This document shows, piece after piece, positions 36,524 through 46,335 of a stretch of DNA of 64,000 nucleotides. The first letter of the stretch is position 1; each line of letters opens with the position of its first letter. The notes below the pieces were generated by a model that was not told the DNA's origin, did not search any database, and saw nothing but the letters and a program-made list of their open reading frames with translations. Both the position numbers and the translations under genes were made by a program. Origin of the DNA: Rubrobacteraceae bacterium (GTDB lineage: Bacteria > Actinomycetota > Rubrobacteria > Rubrobacterales > Rubrobacteraceae); contig DATDKT010000093.1 of the NCBI GenBank assembly GCA_036519775.1, positions 17 to 64,016 on the forward strand, given 5' to 3'.

Positions 36524-36699
36524 AATACCTCGTCCGCCGCTACGCTTCCTATTTAGGTGCGTTCTACGAGGATCTCCTGCGGCTCGGGTACGTGGAGCTC
36601 ATGAAAGCGGTCAACGAATACAGGACGAGATTCGACGCCAACTACAGGAGGGGATTCGACGCCAACATCCCCCTACGCCGACAGGGATTTCTTCTGTAG
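36499..36699 (+). pseudogene. start-less remnant resembling sigma-70 region 2
   Basis: Open frame without a usable start: ...YLVRRYASYLGAFYEDLLRLGYVELMKAVNEYRTRFDANYRRGF... . EDLLRLGYVELMKAVNEY parallels EDLMQVASVGLIKAVDRF of the sigma gene at 29324. It contains a 14-bp direct repeat at 36629 and 36653. Confidence 0.3.
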
Positions 36700-36750
36700 A
36701 ATGGCGGCCTTTGGGACGTTGCGGACCTGACCCGTTGGGGAGGCGTGCTT

Positions 36751-37431
36751 TTGGGATTCTTCAGAGAGTTGGGCGACAGGGTAGTGGGCGGGCCCTCGAT
36801 ACTCGCGGCGGACTTCGCGAACCTCGCCGAGGAGGTGCGCCGGGCGGAGTCTGGGGGGGCGGAGCTCGTGCACTTCGACGTCATGGACAACCATTTCGTC
36901 CCGAACCTGACCGTAGGACCGGCGGTCGCCGCCTCCCTCGTGCGGGCGACCGCCCTGCCGGTGGACGCACACTTGCAGGTGATGCGTCCGGACTCTCTAA
37001 TACCGGCGTTCGCCGAGGCCGGGGTGGCGAGTATCTCGGTGCAGCCGGAGGTCACGACGCACCTGCACCGTACGCTAGCGGCGATACGGGCCGCCGGGTG
37101 CGAGGCTGGCTGCGCCCTCAACCCGGCCACCCCGCCGGAGGTCCTGGAGTGGGTATTGCCGCACCTGGACTACGCGCTTGTCATGAGCGTGAACCCGGGC
37201 TTTGGGGGACAAGCGTTCATCCCGGAGATGACCGCCAAGGTGCGACGTCTGAGAGAGATGACCGACCTGCCTATACAGGTCGACGGCGGCATCAGCGCAC
37301 AGACGGCCCCCCTCATGGTAGAGGCCGGCGCGCGAGTCCTGGTAGCAGGCTCGGCTGTTTATAGGGGCGATCCTGCTACCGAGATGCGAGAGATCATCGA
37401 AGCCGGACACCGAGCCGCCGAAGAGGGCTAA
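36751..37431 (+). CDS. rpe: ribulose-phosphate 3-epimerase
   Basis: Motifs PSILAADF, HFDVMDNHFVPN, VDAHLQV and MSVNPGFGGQAF. The ORF opens at GTG 36745. TTG 36751 has better SD spacing (ggagg, 7 nt). Confidence 0.9.
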   Translation: MGFFRELGDRVVGGPSILAADFANLAEEVRRAESGGAELVHFDVMDNHFVPNLTVGPAVAASLVRATALPVDAHLQVMRPDSLIPAFAEAGVASISVQPEVTTHLHRTLAAIRAAGCEAGCALNPATPPEVLEWVLPHLDYALVMSVNPGFGGQAFIPEMTAKVRRLREMTDLPIQVDGGISAQTAPLMVEAGARVLVAGSAVYRGDPATEMREIIEAGHRAAEEG

Positions 37432-37484
37432 AACGGCTCGTAACGTCTTCCTTGTCCGCGCCATCGCGGTGTGGTAGCTTCTCT

Positions 37485-37675
37485 TTTAGTAACTTTCGGG
37501 GGCGGGTGGAATTCCCGCACCGGCGGTGAACCCGCGGGGGCTTATGTTCCCCGGGTAGCCCGCGAACCCTCGGACAGACCCGGGGGTTGAGCCGGTGAAG
37601 GCGGCCGGAGCGTATGCTCCGGTGGAGGCCGTAGTCCGGCGCCGACGGTGAGAGTCCGGATGGGAGAAAGGAAGT
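37485..37675 (+). promoter_or_regulatory. FMN riboswitch (RFN element) controlling the rib operon
   Basis: Conserved RFN cores cgggggcgggtggaattcccgcaccggcggt ... gccgacggtgagagtccggatgggagaaag, with short P1 pairing ctttc (37493-37497) / gaaag (37666-37670). It lies directly upstream of ribD. Confidence 0.85.
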
Positions 37676-37676
37676 C

Positions 37677-38795
37677 GTGGTTCGGGACGTTTTCATGCGA
37701 CGCGCCCGCGAACTCGCGGAGCACGGACGCTACACTACGGCGCCCAACCCCCTCGTCGGGGCCGTCGTGGTGCGTGACGGCACGGTAGTCGGTGAAGGAT
37801 GGCATGCCCGCGCCGGTGGCGACCACGCAGAGGTCGCGGCCTTGAGGAGTTCCGGTTCTGGTGCAAGAGGTGCCGAACTGTACGTGACGCTCGAGCCCTG
37901 CAATCACCACGGCAAGACGCCCCCCTGTACGGACACTATTTTGAGGGCCGGTATAAGACGGGTTGTGGCTGGACATCTCGACCCCAACCCCAAGATGCGT
38001 GGCCACAGCGTGGAGCTCCTGCGCGAGGCCGGAGTAGAGGTGGAGGTCCTTGACGACGCCCTCTTCGAGAAACAGAACGAGCAGTTCGCCCACTTCATGC
38101 GCACGGGGCGTCCCTTCGTACACGTAAAGCTCGCCGCTACCCTGGACGGCAGGATCGCTGCGTCGAACGGTGAGAGCAAGTGGATAACGGGTGAGGCCGC
38201 GCGTCGCCGGGCGCACGAGCTACGGGCCGAAGCGGGGGCCGTTCTCGTCGGCGTCCGTACCGCTCGCGCGGACGACCCGCTCCTAACTCCCCGCAACCTT
38301 CCCGAAGAGCCGCCGACCGTACTCCGCGTCGTCCTCGACCCGGGTCTCGACCTCCCCGCTGACGGCCGGCTCGTCCGCACGGCGTACGCGGACCCCGTAG
38401 TCATCTTCGTGGGGGAAGACGCCGACCGTGGTCGTGCCAACGAGCTGTGCGAGCTGGGCGTCGAGGTGGTGCCGGCTCCGTTCGCGAGTGGGGAGCTCGA
38501 TCTCATCTTCGTCCTGGAGGAGCTGGGACGTAGGGGGGTACGGGGTGTCCTCGTCGAGGGGGGTGGGGAGACTGCTGGCCGTTTCGTGGGCCGTGGGCTC
38601 GCCGAAAAGCTGACCCTCTTCTACGCCCCGAAGCTGCTCGGGAGCGAAGGGGTGCCATTAATGGGCTCCCTGAAGAACACCGGGATGGACGCGGCGACGA
38701 GGTTCCAACTCGAATCCGTCGAGAAGGTAGAAAACGACGTGGCGGTTACGCTTTATCCGTCCGCAAGGGAGGAACGTGTTTACCGGGCTGGTTGA
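37677..38795 (+). CDS. ribD: bifunctional diaminohydroxyphosphoribosylaminopyrimidine deaminase / 5-amino-6-(5-phosphoribosylamino)uracil reductase
   Basis: 372 aa with the deaminase zinc motifs HAEVAAL and TLEPCNHHGKTPPC, plus a C-terminal reductase domain. Confidence 0.95.
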   Translation: MVRDVFMRRARELAEHGRYTTAPNPLVGAVVVRDGTVVGEGWHARAGGDHAEVAALRSSGSGARGAELYVTLEPCNHHGKTPPCTDTILRAGIRRVVAGHLDPNPKMRGHSVELLREAGVEVEVLDDALFEKQNEQFAHFMRTGRPFVHVKLAATLDGRIAASNGESKWITGEAARRRAHELRAEAGAVLVGVRTARADDPLLTPRNLPEEPPTVLRVVLDPGLDLPADGRLVRTAYADPVVIFVGEDADRGRANELCELGVEVVPAPFASGELDLIFVLEELGRRGVRGVLVEGGGETAGRFVGRGLAEKLTLFYAPKLLGSEGVPLMGSLKNTGMDAATRFQLESVEKVENDVAVTLYPSAREERVYRAG

Positions 38796-39435
38796 GGGTA
38801 CGGGTTGCGTGGTCTCCGTGGAGGAGGGCGGCATGGCACGCCTTTATATCGAGGTCGGCAGCATCACCCGAGGTACGGAGGTCGGCGACTCTGTCGCCGT
38901 AAACGGCGTGTGCCTGACGGTGAATGAGGTGGATGGGGACGTGCTCGTCTTCTACGCGATGCCGGAGACCCTGCGGCGGACGGCTTTGGGTGGCTTGGGT
39001 GAGGGAGACCTCGTCAACTTGGAGCGTGCGATGACGCCCGAGACTCGCTTCGGGGGGCACATAGTGCAGGGGCACGTGGACGGGGTAGGCCAGGTGTTGG
39101 GTGTGACCTCCGAGGGGAGTTCTGGTGGAAGATCTTTCGGAGCCGCAGAGATCTGGGAGTTCTCGGCACCGGTGAGCGTTCTCAAGTACGCCGTTGAGAA
39201 GGGGAGCGTTTGTGTTGATGGGATCAGCCTCACCCTCGTCTCTGTGGGAGAGACCTCGTTCACCGTCTCGATACTACCCCAGACGAGGGTGACGACGAAC
39301 CTGAAGAGCCTCACTGTAGGTGACCGGGTGAATTTGGAGGCCGACGTGATCGGCAAGTACGTGGAGCGGCTGCTAATGCCGCGGCTGGATAAGAGTTCAC
39401 AAACGCCAGAGAGGAGCGTGGAAGATGCCGTTTAG
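38776..39435 (+). CDS. ribE: riboflavin synthase (alpha chain)
   Basis: 219 aa with the N-terminus MFTGLVEGTG and a duplicated lumazine-binding repeat (GDSVAVNGVCLTV / GSVCVDGISLTLV). Confidence 0.93.
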   Translation: MFTGLVEGTGCVVSVEEGGMARLYIEVGSITRGTEVGDSVAVNGVCLTVNEVDGDVLVFYAMPETLRRTALGGLGEGDLVNLERAMTPETRFGGHIVQGHVDGVGQVLGVTSEGSSGGRSFGAAEIWEFSAPVSVLKYAVEKGSVCVDGISLTLVSVGETSFTVSILPQTRVTTNLKSLTVGDRVNLEADVIGKYVERLLMPRLDKSSQTPERSVEDAV

Positions 39436-40627
39436 TCCCATCGAGGAGATCGTAGAAGAGATCAAAGCCGGCAAGATGGTCATCGTTTGCGACGACGAGG
39501 ATCGAGAGAACGAGGGCGACCTGACGATGGCCGCCGAGCTTGTGAGGCCCGACGATATAAACTTCATGGCGACCTACGGGCGCGGCCTGATCTGCCTGCC
39601 GATGACAGGCGAGATGATAGACCGTTTGGAGATACCGGAGATGACCCGGCACAACACCTCACGTATGGGCACCGCCTTCACCGCGAGCATAGAGGCGAAG
39701 AGCGGAATCACGACCGGGATCTCGGCGGCGGACAGAGCGCACACCTGCCGGGTTGCGGTGGATGAGGCGACGGGACCGGAGGACCTCGAGATGCCGGGCC
39801 ACGTCTTCCCCCTTCGGGCGCGCCCCGGCGGCGTGTTGCAGCGGGCCGGCCAGACGGAGGCCGCCGTGGACCTCGCACGCCTGGCGGGCTTCAAGCCGGC
39901 GGGCGTGATCTGCGAGGTAATGAACGAGGACGGCACTATGGCCCGCGTACCCGACCTCGAGAAGTTCTCCAAAGAGCACGGCGTGAAGATGGTAACGGTC
40001 GCCCAGATCATTGAGTACCGCCTCCGCTACGAGCGGCACGTAAACTTCGCCGTCGAGACTCGCCTGCCCACTCCGTTCGGCGAGTTCAAGATCAGGGCCT
40101 ACGAGAACGATGTAGACGAGATGACTCACCTGGCGCTCGTCATGGGCGAGCCGGAGGGCAAGGAGGACGTCCTCGTGCGCGTACACTCGGCCTGCCTGAC
40201 GGGCGATGCTCTGCACTCCCTGCGCTGCGACTGTGGCGGCCAGCTCGAGAAGGCGATGATGCGCATCGCCGAAGAGGGCGAGGGAGTACTCTTGTACATG
40301 CAGCAAGAGGGGCGTGGCATCGGGCTCCTCAACAAGATGAAGGCTTATCATCTCCAGGACGAGGGCCTCGACACCGTTGAGGCAAACCAGCGTTTGGGCT
40401 TCGCCCCGGACCTGCGCGACTATGGTATCGGCGCCTTGATCCTCAAAGACCTCGGCCTCTCCCGTATCCGCTTTATGACCAACAACCTCACAAAGGTCGT
40501 AGGCCTTCAAGGTTTCGGGTTGGAGATCACCGAGCGGATACCGCTGGAAATCGAACCGAACGGCGAGAACAAGCGGTATCTTCAGACCAAGAAAGAGAAG
40601 CTCAACCACGTCTTCGAGACGTTCTAG
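39425..40627 (+). CDS. ribBA: bifunctional 3,4-dihydroxy-2-butanone-4-phosphate synthase / GTP cyclohydrolase II
   Basis: 400 aa with DDEDRENEGDL (RibB part) and RVHSACLTGD...CDCG (RibA part). Confidence 0.95.
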   Translation: MPFSPIEEIVEEIKAGKMVIVCDDEDRENEGDLTMAAELVRPDDINFMATYGRGLICLPMTGEMIDRLEIPEMTRHNTSRMGTAFTASIEAKSGITTGISAADRAHTCRVAVDEATGPEDLEMPGHVFPLRARPGGVLQRAGQTEAAVDLARLAGFKPAGVICEVMNEDGTMARVPDLEKFSKEHGVKMVTVAQIIEYRLRYERHVNFAVETRLPTPFGEFKIRAYENDVDEMTHLALVMGEPEGKEDVLVRVHSACLTGDALHSLRCDCGGQLEKAMMRIAEEGEGVLLYMQQEGRGIGLLNKMKAYHLQDEGLDTVEANQRLGFAPDLRDYGIGALILKDLGLSRIRFMTNNLTKVVGLQGFGLEITERIPLEIEPNGENKRYLQTKKEKLNHVFETF

Positions 40628-40636
40628 GGAGGCGAA

Positions 40637-41212
40637 GTGAAGAGGGAGAAAGGGCCGAACTACGTCGAGGGCGATCTGACGGCCACCGGCCGCTCCTTCG
40701 GGGTCGTGGCCTCGCGCTTTAACGACTTCATCGTGAAGGAGCTCTTGAACGGCGCCTTGGACGCCATAAATCGTCACGGAGGGGACCTTGGAGCGGTGGA
40801 CGTGGTCTGGGTGCCGGGCTCCTACGAGGTTCCACTCGCCGCCAAGAGGCTCGCGCTCTCGGGACGCTACGATGCCGTGATCGCCTTGGGGGCTGTGATA
40901 CGGGGCGCCACGGCCCACTTCGACTACGTGGCAGGCGGCGTCGCGAGCGGCATCTCGGCGGTGGCTTTAGAGACGAACTTGCCAGTGGTCTTCGGGGTCA
41001 TCACCACGGAGACTGTCGAGCAGGCGATAGAACGAGCCGGCACCAAGGTGGGCAACAAGGGCTTCGAGGCCGCCGCGACCGCTATCGAGATGATCTCACT
41101 CATGCAGCGGATAGACGAGCGTGTGGCAGGAGACGGTGTTCCGCAAGACGTGCAAAGGGGCACGGGCGCCGCACGGACTCCTAGGGGGAACGCGGAGGTA
41201 GGGCGAGTATAG
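40637..41212 (+). CDS. ribH: 6,7-dimethyl-8-ribityllumazine synthase
   Basis: RibH core FGVVASRFNDFI, VWVPGSYEVPLAA, GAVIRGATAHFDYV, plus a non-conserved C-terminal tail of about 35 aa. Confidence 0.93.
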   Translation: MKREKGPNYVEGDLTATGRSFGVVASRFNDFIVKELLNGALDAINRHGGDLGAVDVVWVPGSYEVPLAAKRLALSGRYDAVIALGAVIRGATAHFDYVAGGVASGISAVALETNLPVVFGVITTETVEQAIERAGTKVGNKGFEAAATAIEMISLMQRIDERVAGDGVPQDVQRGTGAARTPRGNAEVGRV

Positions 41213-41217
41213 CCTTC

Positions 41218-41448
41218 TTAGGCGGGGGCGTTTTCGGCGGATGTAGGGCGTGTGCGGGGCGGGGCTTTCTGGACCTTGAACGCCTTCAGGCAGGAGGTGC
41301 AGACGTAGGCCCGCTTCGTCGAGACGCCTTCCTGGATGCGGATCTTCTGCAGGTTCGGGTCTCGACGCCGTCGGGTAGCGCGCAAAGAATGGCTGCGCGC
41401 GTTGCCGAAGTCTGGACGCTTTCCGCAGGAATAACAGACTTTCGCCAC
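41218..41448 (-). CDS. rpmB: 50S ribosomal protein L28 (zinc-ribbon type)
   Basis: 76 aa MAKVCYSCGKRPDFGNARSHS... with CxxC...CxxC, an SD (ggag) upstream and a short C-terminal tail. Confidence 0.93.
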   Translation of the reverse strand: MAKVCYSCGKRPDFGNARSHSLRATRRRRDPNLQKIRIQEGVSTKRAYVCTSCLKAFKVQKAPPRTRPTSAENAPA

Positions 41449-41630
41449 GATAAATCTCCTGTGCTACGATACTGGCCAATGCATGATGAAGGCCCGGAAG
41501 CCGCGGCGAAACGAACGCCAAAGCCCGGGCTTCGGGCGGAGATTGTATCAGACTCTCGTGGGGCGCGGTTACAAACGGAGGCACGGTTAGGCTCGTCCCG
41601 GGGCGGCCTCCCTCGATACTCTAGGAACGG

Positions 41631-43289
41631 GTGATGGAAGGAACGGCCGAAAAGCGTGAAGGCCACGGGGCGAGCGCGGACCTGAAGACGCTCGTCGCGG
41701 CCGCGCATGCCGCCTTGGTACCTTACGCATCGAAGATAGACTCCCTGAACGTCTACCCGGTCCCGGATGGTGATACCGGAACCAACATGGTCCTGACGCT
41801 CCATTCGATACTCGACGAGGTCTCGGCCTCGCGCTATCTCGAAGGCGAAGAGGCGGCCAGGATGGTCTCGCGGGCTGCGCTCATGGGTGCGCGGGGCAAC
41901 TCCGGGGTGATACTCTCCCAGCTCACACGCGGCGCCTGCGAGGTCCTGGGCAAAGCCTGCTCCCTGGACGCCAAAGCCTTCGCGGCGGCGCTCGCCGGAG
42001 CGAAGGAGCGAGCGTACGCGGCTGTCGGGGAGCCAGTAGAGGGCACGATGCTCTCGGTGATAAAGGACGCCGCCGACGTGGCCCGCCTCAGCGTGGAGCG
42101 GGGGGAGGAGGATCGCCTTGAAGTCCTGAAGGTAGCGGTCCGGGAGGCGCACGCCTCGGTGAGACGGACCCCGGAGCTGCTCGGAGTGCTAAAGGAGGCG
42201 GGGGTTGTGGACGCTGGGGGGCTGGGGGTGGCCGTGATCCTAGGTGGTATTTTGGCGGCCCTCGGTGGAGAAGAGCCCGCGCCTGACCTCGAAGAGGCGA
42301 ACCCCCTGAGCGGTGGGGAACGCTTGCGGGAGACCGTAGCCTATTCGGCAGAGGAGGCGTGGGGCTACTGTACGGAGTTCTTCGTCAATGGCTTCTTTGG
42401 GGACGAGAGGGAGTTCGAGGCGCACATCCACGAGATAGGCAAGAGCGTGCTCGTGATCCCCGACGACGACCTCCTCAAGGTCCACCTCCATACCCAGGAC
42501 CCCGGAGGCGCCCTCTCCTACGCGGCCGGCTTCGGCCGGCTCTCCAATGTCAAGGTGGAGGATATGGAGGCCCAGACTCGCACCCGAACCGAGACTGAGG
42601 CCGATAATGGCGGTCCGCTGGCTCCCGAGACCACGACCAACCTGGGCATCGTGGCGGCGAGCCGGGGAACAGGCAATCGAGAGCTCTTCGAGTCGATGGG
42701 CGCCGTGGTCGTCGAGGGGGGGCAGGGGACGAACCCGAGCGTGGAAGAGCTCGCCCGGGCCGTCGAAGAGACTGGGGCGAACGCCGTAATCCTCCTTCCC
42801 AACAATAAGAACATCGTCCCGACCGCCGAGCGGGTACGCGAACTGGTGGAGACCGAGGTCTACGTAGTGGCCACGACGAGCATCGCTGGCGGGCTCGCGG
42901 TGATGATCGGCTTCGACCCCGAAGGCGAGGGGGAGGAAGTGGCGCAAGACATGCGCGAGATCTCCGAGGGTCTCCTTTGCGCAGAGGTCACGCGCGCCGT
43001 ACGCGAAGCACGGATCGAGGGTAGGGACGTGCCGGAGGGAGCCTACATAGGACTCTTTGACGGTGAACTTCTGGCGGTGGAGGGGGGCGTCGAGGACGCG
43101 GCGCTCAAGCTCGTCGAGAAGATGCTCGAAGAGGGAGCGGACGTGGTGACGCTGCTCCGGGGCTACGCGCTGGACGAGGGGATGGCGCGGAGGATCCTGG
43201 AGAGGATAAAACTGATCGACGGCAATATCGAGGTGGAGGTCAAAGAAGGCGGACAGCCACTGTACCCGCTGCAGATGGTGGCGGAGTGA
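41631..43289 (+). CDS. DAK2-domain fusion protein YloV
   Basis: 552 aa with the DAK2 motif PVPDGDTGTNM and a C-terminal DegV-neighbour (YloV-type) domain. It sits in the classical position divergent from rpmB. Confidence 0.9.
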   Translation: MMEGTAEKREGHGASADLKTLVAAAHAALVPYASKIDSLNVYPVPDGDTGTNMVLTLHSILDEVSASRYLEGEEAARMVSRAALMGARGNSGVILSQLTRGACEVLGKACSLDAKAFAAALAGAKERAYAAVGEPVEGTMLSVIKDAADVARLSVERGEEDRLEVLKVAVREAHASVRRTPELLGVLKEAGVVDAGGLGVAVILGGILAALGGEEPAPDLEEANPLSGGERLRETVAYSAEEAWGYCTEFFVNGFFGDEREFEAHIHEIGKSVLVIPDDDLLKVHLHTQDPGGALSYAAGFGRLSNVKVEDMEAQTRTRTETEADNGGPLAPETTTNLGIVAASRGTGNRELFESMGAVVVEGGQGTNPSVEELARAVEETGANAVILLPNNKNIVPTAERVRELVETEVYVVATTSIAGGLAVMIGFDPEGEGEEVAQDMREISEGLLCAEVTRAVREARIEGRDVPEGAYIGLFDGELLAVEGGVEDAALKLVEKMLEEGADVVTLLRGYALDEGMARRILERIKLIDGNIEVEVKEGGQPLYPLQMVAE

Positions 43290-44101
43290 CCACGGCGATC
43301 GTTACGGATTCGACGACGAGCCTGCCCCAAGGAGTGCGCGAACGTCCCAACGTCCGGGTGGTTCCTCTTAGCTTCTCCTTCGGCCCTGAGGAGACTTATA
43401 CGGACAAGGCCGACCTCACTGAGGCGGAGTTCTACCAGAAGCTCGAAAGCTCCCCCGTCTTCCCGACCACCTCCCAGCCGGCGACCGGAACGTTCGTCGA
43501 GGCTTACGAGTCCCTCCACGCCTACGACGACGTTCTGGTGTTGACGCTCTCGAGAAAGCTCAGTGGGACCTTCGACTCGGCGGTGTCGGCGGCCAGGATG
43601 GTCGATCGGCCCGTAGAGGTCGTGGATACGAAGAGCGCGGAGATGGGCTCGGGCCTCATCCTGTTGGAGGCGCTGCGCGTGGTCGACGAGGGCGGCAGCT
43701 TCGAGGAGGTCACGGGGGCGGTCGAGGTGGCGGTAAGACGGTGCCGGGTCCTGTTTGCCGTCGGCACCCTGGCGTACCTGGAGAAGAGTGGTCGGATTGG
43801 GCGGGCCCAGCGTCTCCTGGGGACGGCGCTCGACATCCGGCCGGTCTTGAGCGTCGAGGACGGCGAAGTCGTGCCGCACAAGCGAGCCCGGGGCCGCAAG
43901 CGGCAGATGGCCGCCATCCTCGAGGAGGCGAAGCCCGCCGTGGAGGCCAGGCGTCCCCTGGCCTACGGGCACGTCGACGCGCCGGAGCCACTCGCCGAGC
44001 TCCGTAAGGCCCTAGACGCGAAGGGAAGCTTCGTCGCGGAGATAGGGGGGGTCGTCGGGTCGCATGTGGGACCGGGAGCCTATGGCGTGGCCTTCCTCTA
44101 G
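43286..44101 (+). CDS. DegV-family fatty-acid-binding protein
   Basis: 271 aa with IVTDSTTSLP and PTTSQP motifs. Its start overlaps the yloV stop by 4 nt. Confidence 0.9.
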   Translation: MTTAIVTDSTTSLPQGVRERPNVRVVPLSFSFGPEETYTDKADLTEAEFYQKLESSPVFPTTSQPATGTFVEAYESLHAYDDVLVLTLSRKLSGTFDSAVSAARMVDRPVEVVDTKSAEMGSGLILLEALRVVDEGGSFEEVTGAVEVAVRRCRVLFAVGTLAYLEKSGRIGRAQRLLGTALDIRPVLSVEDGEVVPHKRARGRKRQMAAILEEAKPAVEARRPLAYGHVDAPEPLAELRKALDAKGSFVAEIGGVVGSHVGPGAYGVAFL

Positions 44102-46262
44102 AGCCGAGGCGCGAGACGCTCGCTTTCGGGGAGCCTCCGCGTGGTATGCTGTTCTGGACCTTTCCCGGAGGACGACTCTGCCGCAGCTGCGCGCCGTATC
44201 GGTCACGGAGCTCCCTGGCGTCGGACCCCGGATCTCAGCGGCGCTCAAAGACCTGGGTATCGTCTCTGTTGCGGACCTCGTCTCGCACTACCCCTCCCGG
44301 CACGAGGACCTTTCCAATGTCAAGAAGATCTCCGACTTGCGTGTGGGCGAGCGGGCTACGGTCGTGGGTCGCGTGGTGAGCGCCAAGAAGCTGGGTCGTC
44401 CGGTTCGGGGACGGGCACCGGGGCTCTCGGTACAGCTCTACGACGGCACCGGGTATATGCCGGCGACTGTGTGGGGCCGGGGTTGGCTCCTGAACCAGGT
44501 CGTCTCGGACACCTGGGTGGTCGTCTCAGGCGAGGTGCAGCGCAAGTACGGTTTGCAGCTCGCGGCCAAGAATATCGAGGTCATAGATGATCCGGCGACG
44601 GTAGGAGACAGCGCCCACGCCGGCCGATTCGTGCCGGTCTACCCGGTCAACAAGGGCATAAACGCCCGGAGGGTGCGGAGCCTGGTACACCGCGCTCTCG
44701 AGGCGTGTGGCCGTATCCTCGACCCTCTGCCGGCGAAGGTAATCGCCCACCACGGACTGCCGAACCTGCACGACGCGATGCACGAGATCCACTTTCCCAC
44801 CAACACGGAGCGCCTCAAAGTAGCCACGAGGCGGCTCGTCTTCCACGAGCTGTTCCTCATACAGGCCGGGCTAGCCGCTCGCAAGGCCCGCCTCGAAAAG
44901 ACCGAGGCCGGCCGGAGTCACAGGGGAGATGGCAGTCTCCTCAATCCGTTTCTGAAGGGCCTACCCTTCGTGCTGACCGGGGCGCAGCAGCACGTGATAG
45001 GGGAGATCCTCGAAGGCATGCGCTCCGAGAAGCCGATGCGTCGCTTGTTGCAGGGCGATGTCGGGAGCGGCAAGACCGTCGTCGCGGTGGCGGCACTGCT
45101 TTCGGCGGTCGAGTCGGGGGGGCAGGGCGCGATCATGGCTCCGACCGAGGTCCTCGCCGAGCAGCACTTCATCTCCATCTCGTCGGCCTTGAAAGATCTT
45201 CCCGTCAACGTCGCACTGCTCACTGGCTCACGGAGCACGGTAGAGCGTAGGGCTGCGTTGGAGGAGGTAAAGAGCGGCGAGGCACACGTCGTCGTTGGGA
45301 CGCACGCCCTGATCCAGCATGGCGTAGAGTTCGAGGACCTCTCGCTCGTAATTGTGGACGAGCAGCACCGCTTCGGGGTGGGCCAGAGGGCGGTCTTCAA
45401 GGAGAAGGGCGCGACGCCGGACACGTTGGTGATGACGGCGACCCCAATCCCGAGGACGCTCTCCCTGACACTCTACGGCGACCTGGAGGTCTCCGTCCTC
45501 GACGAGCTGCCGCCCGGACGCAAACCTGTCAAGACGAGTATAATCGAGCTATCCGAGCGGGAAGAGGCTTACGAAGCGGTACGCGCCGAGCTCGAAGCAG
45601 GGCGGCAAGCGTACGTGATCTGCCCGCTCGTAGAGGAGTCAGAGGCACTCGAAGACGTCCGGGCGGCGGAGGAGCTGTTCGACGAGCTGGTGCAGGAGAT
45701 CTTCCCGGAGCGGCGTGTCGGTCTCCTACACGGCCGGATGAAGGCCGCCGAAAAACGCGAGGTCATGGCCGCATTCCGTGCGAAAGAGATAGAAGTCCTG
45801 GTCGCGACAGTAGTTGTTGAGGTCGGGGTGGACGTGCCGAACGCGAGCACGATCGTCATAGAGGGCGCCGAACGTTTCGGCCTCTCCCAACTCCACCAGC
45901 TCCGCGGCAGGGTCTGCCGAGGACTCCACCCGCCGAAGTGCTTCCTCGTCGGCGACCCGAAGACGGAGGACTCGCTCAAGCGGCTCGAAGCCGTGTCCAA
46001 GCACCAGGACGGATTTAAGCTTTCCGAAGTGGACCTCGCCATTCGGGGTGAGGGTACGCTCTTCGGGAGCCGCCAGAGCGGGATGCCGGACCTCAAAGTA
46101 GCGAAGCTCCTCCGGGATATCGACATACTGGTGGAGGCCCGGCGGGCGGCCTTCGAGCTCATCGCCACGGACTCTACGCTCCAGAAGCCCGAGCACCGGC
46201 CACTACGGCGCGAGGTCCGGGAGCTCCTCGGAGCCGATATCGAGTGGCTATTCAAGGAGTGA
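44064..46262 (+). CDS. recG: ATP-dependent DNA helicase RecG
   Basis: Wedge domain plus helicase motifs GDVGSGKT, DEQHRFG and QLHQLRGRV. The start is uncertain (44064 or 44082) and overlaps the degV end. Confidence 0.93.
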   Translation: MWDREPMAWPSSRAEARDARFRGASAWYAVLDLSRRTTLPQLRAVSVTELPGVGPRISAALKDLGIVSVADLVSHYPSRHEDLSNVKKISDLRVGERATVVGRVVSAKKLGRPVRGRAPGLSVQLYDGTGYMPATVWGRGWLLNQVVSDTWVVVSGEVQRKYGLQLAAKNIEVIDDPATVGDSAHAGRFVPVYPVNKGINARRVRSLVHRALEACGRILDPLPAKVIAHHGLPNLHDAMHEIHFPTNTERLKVATRRLVFHELFLIQAGLAARKARLEKTEAGRSHRGDGSLLNPFLKGLPFVLTGAQQHVIGEILEGMRSEKPMRRLLQGDVGSGKTVVAVAALLSAVESGGQGAIMAPTEVLAEQHFISISSALKDLPVNVALLTGSRSTVERRAALEEVKSGEAHVVVGTHALIQHGVEFEDLSLVIVDEQHRFGVGQRAVFKEKGATPDTLVMTATPIPRTLSLTLYGDLEVSVLDELPPGRKPVKTSIIELSEREEAYEAVRAELEAGRQAYVICPLVEESEALEDVRAAEELFDELVQEIFPERRVGLLHGRMKAAEKREVMAAFRAKEIEVLVATVVVEVGVDVPNASTIVIEGAERFGLSQLHQLRGRVCRGLHPPKCFLVGDPKTEDSLKRLEAVSKHQDGFKLSEVDLAIRGEGTLFGSRQSGMPDLKVAKLLRDIDILVEARRAAFELIATDSTLQKPEHRPLRREVRELLGADIEWLFKE

Positions 46263-46335
46263 GTAGAGAAGAACAAGGCCCACCGCTCACCGCGGCCGAG
46301 AAAAGTGCTATTCACTACACACAGAAGATAAACCC

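Noticed and set aside
41212-41218. ribH and rpmB converge with only a 5-bp gap, and both carry non-conserved C-terminal tails.
   Set aside because: This is most simply explained by stop-codon-poor high-GC DNA extending both ORFs into the former terminator region. No functional implication can be supported.
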